From an uncultured beta proteobacterium (GTDB lineage: Bacteria; Pseudomonadota; Gammaproteobacteria; Burkholderiales; Burkholderiaceae_D): 64,000 bases of DNA. The notes below the pieces were generated by a model that was not told where the DNA came from, made no database searches, and saw only the letters and a list, made by a program, of their open reading frames with translations. Positions 1 through 11,124 of this stretch are shown in pieces. The position numbers and the translations under genes were made by a program. Within the stretch, counting starts at the first letter, position 1. Each line of letters starts with the position of its first letter. Location of the stretch: the NCBI GenBank assembly GCA_963708665.1, contig CAVPTE010000008.1:912750-976749 (forward strand), in the 5' to 3' direction.

Positions 1-133
1 CCGCCTTCAGCACGGCCTGCACCGCTCCGTCGTACAGCATGATCACGAGGCCGAGCGGATCGGTCGCGTCCACGCCGGTCTCGATGCCGACGGCGCGATA
101 GGCGCCGGCCCCGTACGGAGTCTGGTGATGCAT
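1..133 (-). CDS. fliS: flagellar export chaperone FliS (5' part; runs off window start)
   Basis: Manual translation from ATG at 133: MHHQTPYGAGAYRAVGIETGVDATDPLGLVIMLYDGAVQAV, the FliS N-terminal pattern (AY..V.....A.P..L..MLYDGA); directly downstream of fliD. Confidence 0.9.
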   Translation of the reverse strand, partial: MHHQTPYGAGAYRAVGIETGVDATDPLGLVIMLYDGAVQAVLKA

Positions 134-161
134 GTGCGTCCTTGGATTCGCGACCGTGCGG

Positions 162-2226
162 TCACTTGCCGTTGATGTTGTTGATCGATGCGGAGATCGC
201 GGCGAGCTGGGTCGTCAGATAGCTGCTCGTCGTGTTCAGGCTGGCGACGAGCGAGTCCATCGCGTTGTACTGCGCCGTGTACTGCGCCCGGATCGCGTCG
301 AGGCGCGGCGTCCACGCGTCCTCCTGGGCCTTCACGTTCGCGATCTGCTTGTTCAGTCCGTCGGTCGCGGTCGTCAGCAACCCGTTCGTCGGATCGAGGA
401 ACTGCGTCACGAGATCGTCGATCGTCGCCGCGATGCCGCGCGTCAGCGTGACGGTGCCGCGCGATCCGGTCGTGCCGCCGTTGATCGTCAGCTTCAGCCC
501 CTCGGCCGTCGTGCCGGTCGCGCCGGTCGCCGTCTGGCCGGTGCCGGTGAACGTCGCCGCCGTCGAGCGTGCCCGCGACGTCGAGTCCGGTGACTGGCGT
601 CGGCGCCGAGCCCAGGAGGTTCGCCGCGCCGTTGCCGTCGACGGCGACGCTCGACGCCGAGCCGTAGCGCGCCGAGCCGATCGTCAGCACGCCGTTGTTC
701 GCCGACACGGTGACGCTGGACCCGGCGGCGGTGCAGTGCCGACGAGCCGTTGATCTGCGCCTGCACCGCGAGCGCGAGCGTCGACGCGTCCGAGTACGTC
801 CCCGGCGGGATCGTGATCGTCGACGATACGTTGTCGAGCGGTGACGCCGAGCGTGTCGTTGACGCCGGCCGTGATCGTCAGCCCGGCGGCGGCAGAGCCG
901 GTCAACGTGCCGCGCGTCGCGAGCTGCGTGACCGTCAGCGCGTGCGCGCCGTCCTGCGTCTTGTCGGTCGAGTCGGCGTACGTCACGAGCGAGTCGGTCG
1001 GCGTGCCGGTCTTCGCGAAGACCTTGCCGACGGCGTCGGGATCGCTCGCGAGCGCGCGACGCGAGCTTCGTGCTGTCGAGCGTCAGCTGGCCGTCGCTGC
1101 CGAACTTGATGCCGAGGTCGTTCAGGTCGGTGATGGTGCCGCCGGTCGGCACGACCGCCGCGAGCGCGGACTGCAGACGCGTGCCGACGAGCCGGATCGT
1201 CGAGTCGCCGTTCAGCGTGCCCGCCGTCTTCGTCGTCGAGTCGTAGCTCGTCAGCGAGGCGAGCCCCGACGCGATCGTGTTGTACGCGCTCACGAAGTTG
1301 CCGACGGCCTTCGTCGCCGCGCTGGTGTCGCGCGCGATCGAGAACGTCGTGCCGGTCGTGTCGACCTTCTGCAGGCCGATGTTCAGTCCGCCGATCGCGT
1401 CGCTGACCGTGTTCGTCGGCTTCGTGATCGCGAGTCCGTCGATCGAGAAGTTCGCGTTGACCGCGTCCGACAGCCGCGTCGTCTGCGCCGTGCCGCCCGA
1501 TGCGGCCGGGTCGAACGCGAGCTGCGAGAGCCCCGCGTTGTCGACGTCGTTGCCGTCCGCGTCGCTCGTGCGGACGCGGAATCCGTTGACGGCGCCGGTG
1601 TTCGCGCCGGTCAGCACGAGCCGGTTGCCGTTGCCGTCGTTGACGATCGACGCGACGACGCCGGCGTTCGCGCCGTTGATGGCGTCGCGGATGCCGGTCA
1701 GCGAATCGTTGGTGCTGTCGATCGTGATCGACTTGCTTCCCGCCGAGCCGTTCGGCGTGAACGTCGTGTGGTTCGCGTCCCAGCTGCCGACGTCGATCGT
1801 GATCGTGCCGGTGCCCACCGTCGTCGTCGGACTCGTGAACCCGCTCGACGCCGTGCGCTGCGTGTCGGCGAGCTGCGAGACCTTCAGCGTGTGCGAGCCC
1901 GCGGTCAGCGAGCCGCTGTTGGTGCTGTCGACGGCGACCGACGCGATGCTGCTGTCGCCGATCGACGCCGCGAAGCTGCCGAACGCGGCCGGCGTCGTCA
2001 GCGACGTGAGCGTCGACTGGAACGTCGACAGCGCGCTCGTCACCTGTCCGAACGCCGACAGCTTCGTCTGGTAACCGGTCTCGGTCGTCTGCAGCTGCGT
2101 CAGCGGCGCCGACGCGACGGACACGAGCTTGTCGACGATGCTCGCGATGTCGAGGCCCGAGCCGATGCCCTGTGTCGTCAGCGGCGCGCTGCCCGAGCTC
2201 GAGGAAGAGGAGATCGTCGTCGTCAT
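162..2226 (-). CDS. fliD: flagellar filament cap protein FliD, long form (several frameshifts between ~550 and 1070)
   Basis: N-term GIGSGLDIASIVDKL, FliD_C segment FVSAYN...GTLNGDSTIR...LNDLGI, C-term RAQYTAQYNAMDSLVASLNTTSSYLTTQL in the 162..410 frame. Confidence 0.93.
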
Positions 2227-2238
2227 GAGTCGGGCGCG

Positions 2239-2577
2239 TCAGGCCTTGTCCTCGACGAGGAAACCCTGCATGCGATCGATGGCCTTCGCGATGCGGAGCA
2301 CTTCCGCGTCGGGGATCTGCACGACGACCGTCTGGTCGTTCTCGTCGACGACCGTCGTCACGACGCGTCCGCCGTCGACCTGGAACTGCAGCGAGCGCGG
2401 GTCGCGTTGCGGCTCGCTCGAGGCGTCGGCCGGCTGTCCGTCCGTCGCCTTCGCCGCGTCGGCGCGGCCCGCCTCGGGAACGGCCTTCGCGCCGCTCGTG
2501 CGCGGGGCCGTCGCCGCCGCCGTCGCGTTCGCTGCTGCCGCTGCGCTCGCGGCGATGTTCGGAGTCGTCGAATCCAT
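2239..2577 (-). CDS. flaG: flagellar protein FlaG
   Basis: SLQFQVD..RVVTTVVDE.DQTVVVQIPDAEVLRIAKAI...GFLVEDKA; lies between fliC and fliD; GGAG before ATG 2577. Confidence 0.88.
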   Translation of the reverse strand: MDSTTPNIAASAAAAANATAAATAPRTSGAKAVPEAGRADAAKATDGQPADASSEPQRDPRSLQFQVDGGRVVTTVVDENDQTVVVQIPDAEVLRIAKAIDRMQGFLVEDKA

Positions 2578-2664
2578 GCTGCTCCTGCCCTGCGCCTCGA
2601 GGTCGATGCGCTGCGTTCGTTCCCGCGACGCACGCACGGTCCTGCGCCGTCGTCCGGAATGCGA

Positions 2665-2689
2665 ACGACGCGCCCGCCGGGCGCGTCGT
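2665..2689 (-). terminator. 11-bp GC hairpin after fliC, without a strong U-tract (partial terminator or mRNA stabiliser)
   Basis: ACGACGCGCCC-gcc-GGGCGCGTCGT perfect inverted repeat just downstream of the fliC stop. Confidence 0.5.
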
Positions 2690-2707
2690 CTTGCTACGTG
2701 CCGCCGA

Positions 2708-3868
2708 TCAGCCCTTCAGCAGCGTCAGGACGTTGTTCGGCAGGCTGTTGGCCTGCGCGAGGATCGCCGTGCCGGCCTGCTGCAGGATCTGGTTCTTCGT
2801 CTCGTTCGCCGTCTCGGCCGCGAAGTCCGTGTCCTCGATGCGGCTGCGCGACGCCGACAGGTTCTCGCTGGTCGTCTGCAGGTTCGAGACGACCGACGTG
2901 AAGCGGTCTTCGACCGCGCCGAGCGTGGCACGCGCCGTGTCGACCTGGCCGAGCGCGCTGTCGATCTGCTTGATCGCGAGCTGGGCGCCGGCGAACGTCG
3001 AGACGTCGAGGGAGCCGAGGCCCGTCGTGGTGCTGGCCGACGCCGACACCGAGGCGGCGAAGCCGCTGCCCGTCGTGCCCGTGCCGCCGGTCGTCACGGT
3101 GATCGCCGAAGCGGACGACAGCGTGATCTGGTTCGTCGACGAGTCGAGGAACGCGTTGACGCCGGTCGTGTTCGACACGGCGTTGATCGCGTTGATGACG
3201 TCGGACGAGCGCTGGCTGGCCGTGCTGGCGACGCCGAGCGCGCCGATGTTCGTGCCGTTGATCTTGATGAAGTCGGTCGCGTCGCCGGCGACGGCGGTCA
3301 GCGACAGGCCCGACACCGCCGACGACGCGGTCGTCGCGGCGGTCACGGAGCCGAGGCCGCTCAGCGTCGCGTTCGGCAGGCCGGTCACCGAGATCGTGTC
3401 GTTCGACGTCGTGTTCGCGCCGACCTGGAAGACGAAGCTCGAGTTCGAGCCGTTCAGCAGCGCGACGCCGTTGAACGAGGCGCTGTTGCCGACGCGGTCG
3501 ATTTCCGACTTCAGCGCGGAGACTTCGGTCTGCAGCGCCTGGCGGTCGCTCGCGCTGTTCGTCGCGTTCGCCGACTGCACGGCGAGCTGGCGGATGCGCT
3601 GCAGGTTGTCGGTGGTCGCGGACAGCGCGCCTTCGGCCGTCTGCGCCAGCGAGATGCCGTCGTTCGCGTTGCTGGCGGCCTGGTTCGAGCCGTTGATCTG
3701 CGCGGTGAAGCGCTGCGAGATCGCGAGACCCGCCGCGTCGTCCTTCGCGCTGTTGATCCGCAGGCCCGACGACAGACGCTGGAGCGACGTCTGCAGGGCG
3801 GCCTGCGAGCTGTTCAGGTTGCGTTGCGCGTTCAGCGACGCAACGTTGGTATTGATGACTTGTGCCAT
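2708..3868 (-). CDS. fliC: flagellin (386 aa, intact)
   Basis: MAQVINTNVASLNAQRNL, QRLSSGLRINSAKDDAAGLAIS, C-term SRIEDTDFAAET...ILQQAGTAILAQAN; AGGAG RBS. Confidence 0.98.
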   Translation of the reverse strand: MAQVINTNVASLNAQRNLNSSQAALQTSLQRLSSGLRINSAKDDAAGLAISQRFTAQINGSNQAASNANDGISLAQTAEGALSATTDNLQRIRQLAVQSANATNSASDRQALQTEVSALKSEIDRVGNSASFNGVALLNGSNSSFVFQVGANTTSNDTISVTGLPNATLSGLGSVTAATTASSAVSGLSLTAVAGDATDFIKINGTNIGALGVASTASQRSSDVINAINAVSNTTGVNAFLDSSTNQITLSSASAITVTTGGTGTTGSGFAASVSASASTTTGLGSLDVSTFAGAQLAIKQIDSALGQVDTARATLGAVEDRFTSVVSNLQTTSENLSASRSRIEDTDFAAETANETKNQILQQAGTAILAQANSLPNNVLTLLKG

Positions 3869-3957
3869 GGAAATTCTCCTGTGGGTTCGAGGAACACCGG
3901 CAACGGTGCCGGACTAACCGGTGCCTCGATTCGGAGTGAGCGCCGGCGATGTTCTGC

Positions 3958-3984
3958 TTATCGGAGGCCCTCGAAGAAACTTGA
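3958..3984 (-). promoter_or_regulatory. sigma28 (FliA) promoter of fliC
   Basis: Minus strand TCAAGTTT-N11-TCCGATAA versus consensus TAAAGTTT-N11-GCCGATAA; ~90 nt before the fliC ATG. Confidence 0.85.
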
Positions 3985-4113
3985 AGCGCCGTGTCTCTTC
4001 CTGTCCACGGGACGCAATGTAAGCGTCGCGGACCCGGTCGAAAGCGACGAACAGACGCCGGAAAGATCGGCTGTTCGGGTCCGCGGCGCTTCGCGCGCGG
4101 CCCGTGCGACGAC

Positions 4114-5695
4114 TCAGTGCGCGGGCGTCTCGTGCATCGCGGCGACCACGATGCAGTTCTTGCCCTGCAGCTTCGCGCGACGCATCGCGTGATCGGCGCG
4201 CGTGATCGCGTCGGCGAGCGTCTCCTGCACCTCGACCCGCGCGATGCCCGCCGAGAACGTGATCGACGGCAGCTGCGCCGATGCGCTCGAGCGCGGCTCG
4301 CGCAGCGCGGCCTGCATCCGCAGGACGGCCTTCTCGGCCTCTTCCGCCGACGTCGCCGGGAACAGCAGGGCGAACTCCTCGCCGCCGTAGCGCGACACCG
4401 TCTGGTCCGGCGCGGCGCAGCGCTGCAGCACCTCGACGAGATGCGACAGACACCTCGTCGCCGACCGAGTGGCCGTAGCGTTCGTTGATGCGCTTGAAGT
4501 CGTCGACGTCCAGCAGCACGATCGCCGGCAGCAGGCCGGACCGGGCGCGCATCAGCTCGGCCTTGTACGCGTCGACGAACCCGCGCCGGTTCAGCGCGTG
4601 CGTCAGCGGGTCGGTGCGGACGAGCGTGCTCGCCTCGCGAAGCTCGGACTCGAGCGCGGCGGTGCGGCTTTCGAGCGCGCGCGTCTTCTCCTGCGCCTCG
4701 GCGAGCAGCGCACGCTCGGCCTGCAGGTTCGTCGACATCGCGCGGGCGTCGACGAGCAGCGAGCGCGTCAGCGTCGACAGCTTGCCGAGGTCGTCGGTCT
4801 CGGCGATCCGCTCGGCCACGTCGACGATCTTCGTCGCGTAGCTGTCGCTCGACGTGACGAGCGACGACAGGCGCTCCAGCAGCGTCTCGGCGAACTCGCG
4901 GATCGCGCGCTTCGTCTCGTCGATGCTGTGCTTGATCGCGCCCTGCCGCACGACGAGCGCGCGAATGCAGCGCTCCGCCTCGTCGAGCTTCTTCTCGGTC
5001 AGCGGTGCGGTGAGCACGCGGCCGATCTGTTCGATCTGGTTGCCGACGAGCGCGGACTCGGGCGTCAGCTCGTCGATGTTCTTCAGCAGCATCGCGAGCA
5101 GGCCCGCGAGGCGATAGCTGACATGCTGCTCGCTGACGTCCGACGCCGCGACCCGGCCGCGCGACGGCGCCGCCGGTCGCGCACCCGTCGGGTCGCCGTC
5201 GTGCGGCGCGAACAGGTTCGACGTCATCATGACCTGCGACGCCTGGTGCGCGCGCAGCGCGTCGTCGTCGACGCCGCCGTGGCCCATGATGTCGGTGCCG
5301 AGGAACGCCTCGACGTGACCGCCGGTCTCCGCGTTCGGTCCGTTCCACGAATCCATCAGCCGGTTCAGCCGCGCGAACAGCGCGTCGAGCGTCTCGAGCC
5401 GCGGGACGAGCGCGCGTTTCAACCCTTCGCGCTTGCGCGTCACGGTGATGCCGGCGTGGGGAACGTCGAGCTGCACGAGCAGCCGCGCGATGATCGATGC
5501 GCCGGCGCGCGCCTCGGCCGCGCCCGGTGGCGGTCCGCCCGGATGGTCCGGATGCGTCGCCGCGATCTCCGCGTAGATCCGCGCGTAGGCCTCCGGCGTC
5601 GGCGCGATGCGCTCGGCCGCGATCCGGCGCAACGTCTCGCGAGCGACCGTGTTGACGGCCGCCGCGATGCGCGTGGGTTCCGGAGGAGACGCCAT
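4114..5695 (-). CDS. diguanylate cyclase, helical/coiled-coil N-terminus plus GGDEF domain (one frameshift near 4445)
   Basis: TDPLTHALNRR, LLDVDDFKRINERYGHSVGDEV in one frame; SRYGGEEF...ITFSAGIA...RADHAMRRAKLQGKN in the 4114..4431 frame. Confidence 0.9.
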
Positions 5696-5832
5696 GGCTC
5701 AGGCGCCGGCGGGGCGATCCGGGAGCGGACGACGGAGGACGGTCGGTAGGTTCATGGTGGCGGTTCCGGCCGGGTGTACGCCCGCCCGGGACGCCGCGGC
5801 GCCTCGGACGGATCGTCCCCTGCTCGATGAGC

Positions 5833-5859
5833 CCATCGGCAAGCGCGGTGGATTCTTGA
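5833..5859 (-). promoter_or_regulatory. putative sigma28 promoter of the diguanylate cyclase
   Basis: Minus strand TCAAG-N14-GCCGATGG; same -35 and spacing as the fliC promoter; downstream of the groEL terminator. Confidence 0.7.
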
Positions 5860-5981
5860 TCCGACGCAGGAAAAAAGCGAGCCAGGACGCGGGCCGGCCG
5901 CCCGCCGCACGCCGGTCCGCGTCGCCGTCTCCTCGGCCCGCCCCGCGTGCGCCGCCGGCGAGGCGGGACTTGGCAACGACG

Positions 5982-6009
5982 AAAAAAAAACCCCGCCGAA
6001 GCGGGGTTT
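5982..6009 (-). terminator. intrinsic terminator of groEL
   Basis: Minus strand CCCCGC-TTCG-GCGGGG followed by T9. Confidence 0.92.
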
Positions 6010-6030
6010 CCCGTGGCGCGAACGCCGGAC

Positions 6031-7713
<1,683 letters not shown>

Positions 7714-8005
7714 TTACTTGACGACGACGGCCATGATGTCTTCTTCGCGCATGACCATCAGCTCCTCGCCGTCGACCTTGACGGACTGGCCGGAGTACTT
7801 GCCGAAGAGGACGCGATCGCCGACCTGGACGGACGAGCGCGTTGACGTCGCCCTTGTCGTTGCGCTTGCCGGGACCGACGGCGAGGACTTCGCCCTGGTC
7901 CGGCTTTTCGGCGGCGTTGTCGGGGATGACGATGCCGGAGGCCGTCTTGGTTTCCTGGTCGAGGCGTTTGACGATCACGCGATCGTGCAACGGACGAAGA
8001 TTCAT
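7714..8005 (-). CDS. groS: co-chaperonin GroES (one frameshift near 7830)
   Basis: [14 protein letters not shown]...[27 protein letters not shown], then [33 protein letters not shown] in the shifted frame. Confidence 0.97.
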
Positions 8006-8097
8006 GGATACTCCTCTGGATGGATTTGGTCGTTGAAGCGGTCGGGCGCCGCGACGCGCGCCGCCCGCTCGGCGATGGAAGCCGTCGCGACGATGTG

Positions 8098-8124
8098 TTA
8101 GCACTCGCCGGCGTCGAGTGCTGA
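8098..8124. promoter_or_regulatory. CIRCE element (HrcA operator)
   Basis: TTAGCACTC-gccggcgtc-GAGTGCTGA; one mismatch to TTAGCACTC-N9-GAGTGCTAA; upstream of groES. Confidence 0.93.
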
Positions 8125-9593
8125 TTATACGGGCGCGGACCGGCAATTCAAGTCCGTCGCGTCGCGCCGTCGCCGGATGCGCGCTGGTCTTCGCGGCGTT
8201 CGTCGCGGTCCCGGCGCGTGCCGACGACGCGCTGCCGGAGGCGGTCGCGGCGGCGCTGCAGCGGGCCCGGCTGCCGCTCGCCTCGGTCGGCCTCGTCGTC
8301 CAGCGGCTCGCCGATGGGTCGTCGCCGGGCCGCCGCGACGGCACGCTGCTGTCCGTCAACGCGCGGCAGCCGATGAATCCCGCGTCGACGATGAAGCTGG
8401 TCACGACGTACGCGGCGCTCGAGCTGCTCGGTCCGGCGTTCACGTGGAAGACCGACCTCGCGACCGACGCGCCGCAGAACGGCGCCACGCTCGACGGCGA
8501 CCTGTACCTGCGCGGCGCCGGCGATCCGAAGCTCGTCTTCGAGCAGGTCTGGCTGATGCTGCGGCAGCTGCGCGACCGCGGCATCCGCACGATCGCCGGC
8601 GACCTCGTGCTCGATCGCACGCTGTTCGAGCCGGGCCCGTACGACCCCGGCGCGTTCGACGGCGAGCCGTTCCGGCCGTACAACGTCGGCCCCGACGCGC
8701 TGCTGATCAACTTCAAGGCGGTCACGCTGCGCTTCGTCCCCGACGACGCCGCCCGCGAGGTCCGCGTCACGGCGCAGCCGTCGCTGCCGGACGTCGCGAT
8801 CGGACCGGTCGCGTACGCCGACGGGCCGTGCGGCGACTGGCGACAGCGGGCGATGGCGGACTTCGGCCGGCCCGACGCGATCGACTTCGCCGGCAGCTAC
8901 GCCGGCCGCGTGCGGCGAGCAGACGTGGAACGTCGCGCTGCTCGACCACCGGCGCTACGACGCGGTCGGTGTTCCGAGGCCTGTGGGCCGAGCTCGGCGG
9001 CACGCTCGCGGGGCGGCGTGCGCGACGGGGCGGTGCCGGCCGGCGCGCGCGTGCTCGTCGAGCACGAGTCGCCGAGCCTCGCCGACGTGGTCCGCGACAT
9101 CAACAAGTTCAGCAACAACGTGATGGCGCGCGAGCTGTTCCTGTCGACGGCGGCCGAGGTGACGCGGTCGCCGGCGAACGGGGCCGCGGCGCAGCGCGTC
9201 GTGCGGGACTTCTACGCGTCGCGGGGACTCGACCTGCCGGAGCTCGTGCTCGACAACGGGTCCGGGCTGTCGCGCAGCGAGCGCATCAGCGCGGCGTCGA
9301 TGGCTTCGGTGCTGCAGGCCGCGTGGCAGTCGCCGGTCATGCCGGAGTTCATCGCGTCGCTGCCGCTGGTCGGCTTCGACGGCACGATGAAGCGGCGCCT
9401 CGTCGAGCGGACCGTCGCGGGTCGCGCGCACGTCAAGACGGGGACGCTCGCCGACGCGCGGGCGATGGCCGGCTACCTGTTCGCCGCATCCGGCGCGCGC
9501 TACCTCGTCGTGTTCCTCGTCAATCATCCGAACGCCGCCTCCGCGCAGCCTGCGCAGGATGCGTTGCTGCAGTGGCTTTATGATCGCGGGTGA
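8118..9593 (+). CDS. dacB: D-Ala-D-Ala carboxypeptidase/endopeptidase PBP4 (start uncertain; local frameshift pair ~8905-9010)
   Basis: SxxK (PASTMK), GAGDPKL, SxN (KFSNN), NGSGLSR, KTG triad; signal peptide ending ARA-DD. Confidence 0.93.
   Translation: MLIIRARTGNSSPSRRAVAGCALVFAAFVAVPARADDALPEAVAAALQRARLPLASVGLVVQRLADGSSPGRRDGTLLSVNARQPMNPASTMKLVTTYAALELLGPAFTWKTDLATDAPQNGATLDGDLYLRGAGDPKLVFEQVWLMLRQLRDRGIRTIAGDLVLDRTLFEPGPYDPGAFDGEPFRPYNVGPDALLINFKAVTLRFVPDDAAREVRVTAQPSLPDVAIGPVAYADGPCGDWRQRAMADFGRPDAIDFAGSYAGRVRRADVERRAARPPALRRGRCSEACGPSSAARSRGGVRDGAVPAGARVLVEHESPSLADVVRDINKFSNNVMARELFLSTAAEVTRSPANGAAAQRVVRDFYASRGLDLPELVLDNGSGLSRSERISAASMASVLQAAWQSPVMPEFIASLPLVGFDGTMKRRLVERTVAGRAHVKTGTLADARAMAGYLFAASGARYLVVFLVNHPNAASAQPAQDALLQWLYDRG
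8124..8151 (-). promoter_or_regulatory. groESL promoter (sigma70-like; -35 also resembles sigma32 CTTGAA)
   Basis: Minus strand TTGAAT-N16-TATAAT abutting the CIRCE. Confidence 0.75.
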
Positions 9594-9719
9594 AATCCGG
9601 TCTAGGCATCCGTCCGACAGGAGGTTGGGGCGGCTCCGACTGACCGTGTCGAAAGGCGCTCGTTAGACTCGCTCTCGACTTTCCCGACCCATCCCGCTTC
9701 GAGCAACCGGAGAAACCTG

Positions 9720-10061
9720 ATGACCACCTACGACGATCGGATGAACAATCAAAAGGACAGGATGGCGCAGCAGAAGGACCAGATCGTTTCGGAGCTGAAG
9801 TCGGGCGTCGACGACGCCGAGGGCTTCCTTCGCGCCGCGGCGTCGTCGACCGGCGACAAGGCGGCCGAACTCCGCGACAAGGCCACCGCCGCGCTGAAGC
9901 GCGCGTCCGAGTCGCTGAGCGACCTGCAGGCGACCGTGATGGAGAAGGGTCGCGACGCGGCGATCCTCACCGACGACTACGTGCACGAGAATCCGTGGCA
10001 GGCGATCGGCATCGGTGCGGCCATCGGTTTCCTGTTCGGCGTCGTCGTCGCGCGTCGTTGA
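9720..10061 (+). CDS. ElaB/YqjD/DUF883 tail-anchored membrane protein
   Basis: TDDYVHENPWQAIGIGAAIGFLFGVVVARR C-terminal signature. Confidence 0.92.
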   Translation: MTTYDDRMNNQKDRMAQQKDQIVSELKSGVDDAEGFLRAAASSTGDKAAELRDKATAALKRASESLSDLQATVMEKGRDAAILTDDYVHENPWQAIGIGAAIGFLFGVVVARR

Positions 10062-10155
10062 CCCCGGGCGGCCCGCGATCGCGGGCCGCATCCCCGCATT
10101 CGTTCGAGGCGTCGCGATCGTCTTCGCGCGGCAGCCTCCCCACCAGGTCCCGCCC

Positions 10156-10728
10156 ATGATCTTCGGTGCCGCTCGCTCCCGACGCCCCGCGGGGGCGTCA
10201 CGCCGCGAACGCGCGCGCCCGGCCGACCCGGTCGCGCCGGAGGACCTTCCGCCGAAGCTCGTCCCGGCCCTGCGATCGATGGTCTCGACCGCGGCGTCGC
10301 TGATCCATACGCGACTCGCGCTCGCCGGCATCGAGCTCGAGGAGGAGATGCAGCGGCTGATCATGGCCGCGGTGCTCGGCGTCGTCGCGCTCGTGTTCGT
10401 GCTCCTCGCGCTGGTCGTCGGCACGTTCACGATCGTGGCGGCGGTGGCGCCCGAGAATCGCGTCTGGGTCATGCTCGTCATCACGGTCGTCTACGTCGTC
10501 ATCGCCGTCGTGGCGGTGATGCGCGTGCGCGGCATCTTCGCGAACCGTCCGCCGATCTTCGCGGCGACGCTCGCCGAGCTCGAGAAGGACAAGGAGACGC
10601 TGTCGCAGATGAACCGCGCCCACCAGCAGGCGGAGGAAGCACGTGCCCGCGAGCAGGCCGCGGGCGACGCGGGACGCTTCGCGCCGGTTCGACCCGGCCC
10701 GGCGACGGACATCGGCGGAGCCACCTGA
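10156..10728 (+). CDS. YqjE-like (phage holin family) membrane protein
   Basis: TRLALAGIELEEE, two hydrophobic segments, F.ATLAELEKDKE; follows the DUF883 gene as in yqjDEK. Confidence 0.85.
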   Translation: MIFGAARSRRPAGASRRERARPADPVAPEDLPPKLVPALRSMVSTAASLIHTRLALAGIELEEEMQRLIMAAVLGVVALVFVLLALVVGTFTIVAAVAPENRVWVMLVITVVYVVIAVVAVMRVRGIFANRPPIFAATLAELEKDKETLSQMNRAHQQAEEARAREQAAGDAGRFAPVRPGPATDIGGAT

Positions 10729-10729
10729 C

Positions 10730-11119
10730 ATGGCCGACACGCCCGTCCCCCTGAAGCTGCGCAAGCAGATGCTGCTGATGCGCGCGGCCGTCGAACGCGT
10801 CGAACTCGCACAGCACGTCCTCGAAGTGCGCGAGGCGGCCACGCTGTCGGCGATCGTCCGCAACGCGATGCCGGGCAACCGGTCGCGCAGCGCCGCGTCC
10901 CGGGCGTTCGATACGCTGAAGCGCTACCCGTTCCTCGCGTCGGCGCTGTCGCTCGTGGCTGCACGGTTCAAGCTGCCGATCCTGAAGGCCGCCACGAAGT
11001 GGGGCGGTGTCGCGACGATCGGCTACAAGTTGTGGACGCTCTGGCAGCAGCGGATGCAGGCGCAGGCCATGCGTTCGCCGCCGGCGACGCTTCGTTCGCG
11101 GACCCGGCCCCCGGCTTGA
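10730..11119 (+). CDS. YqjK/DUF3318-like protein
   Basis: LRKQMLLMRAAVERVELA; third gene of the yqjDEK-type cluster. Confidence 0.72.
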   Translation: MADTPVPLKLRKQMLLMRAAVERVELAQHVLEVREAATLSAIVRNAMPGNRSRSAASRAFDTLKRYPFLASALSLVAARFKLPILKAATKWGGVATIGYKLWTLWQQRMQAQAMRSPPATLRSRTRPPA

Positions 11120-11124
11120 GTCCG

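Noticed and set aside
10156-10728. Holin-family gene as evidence of a prophage
   Set aside because: YqjE-type chromosomal gene in a yqjDEK context; no phage genes nearby
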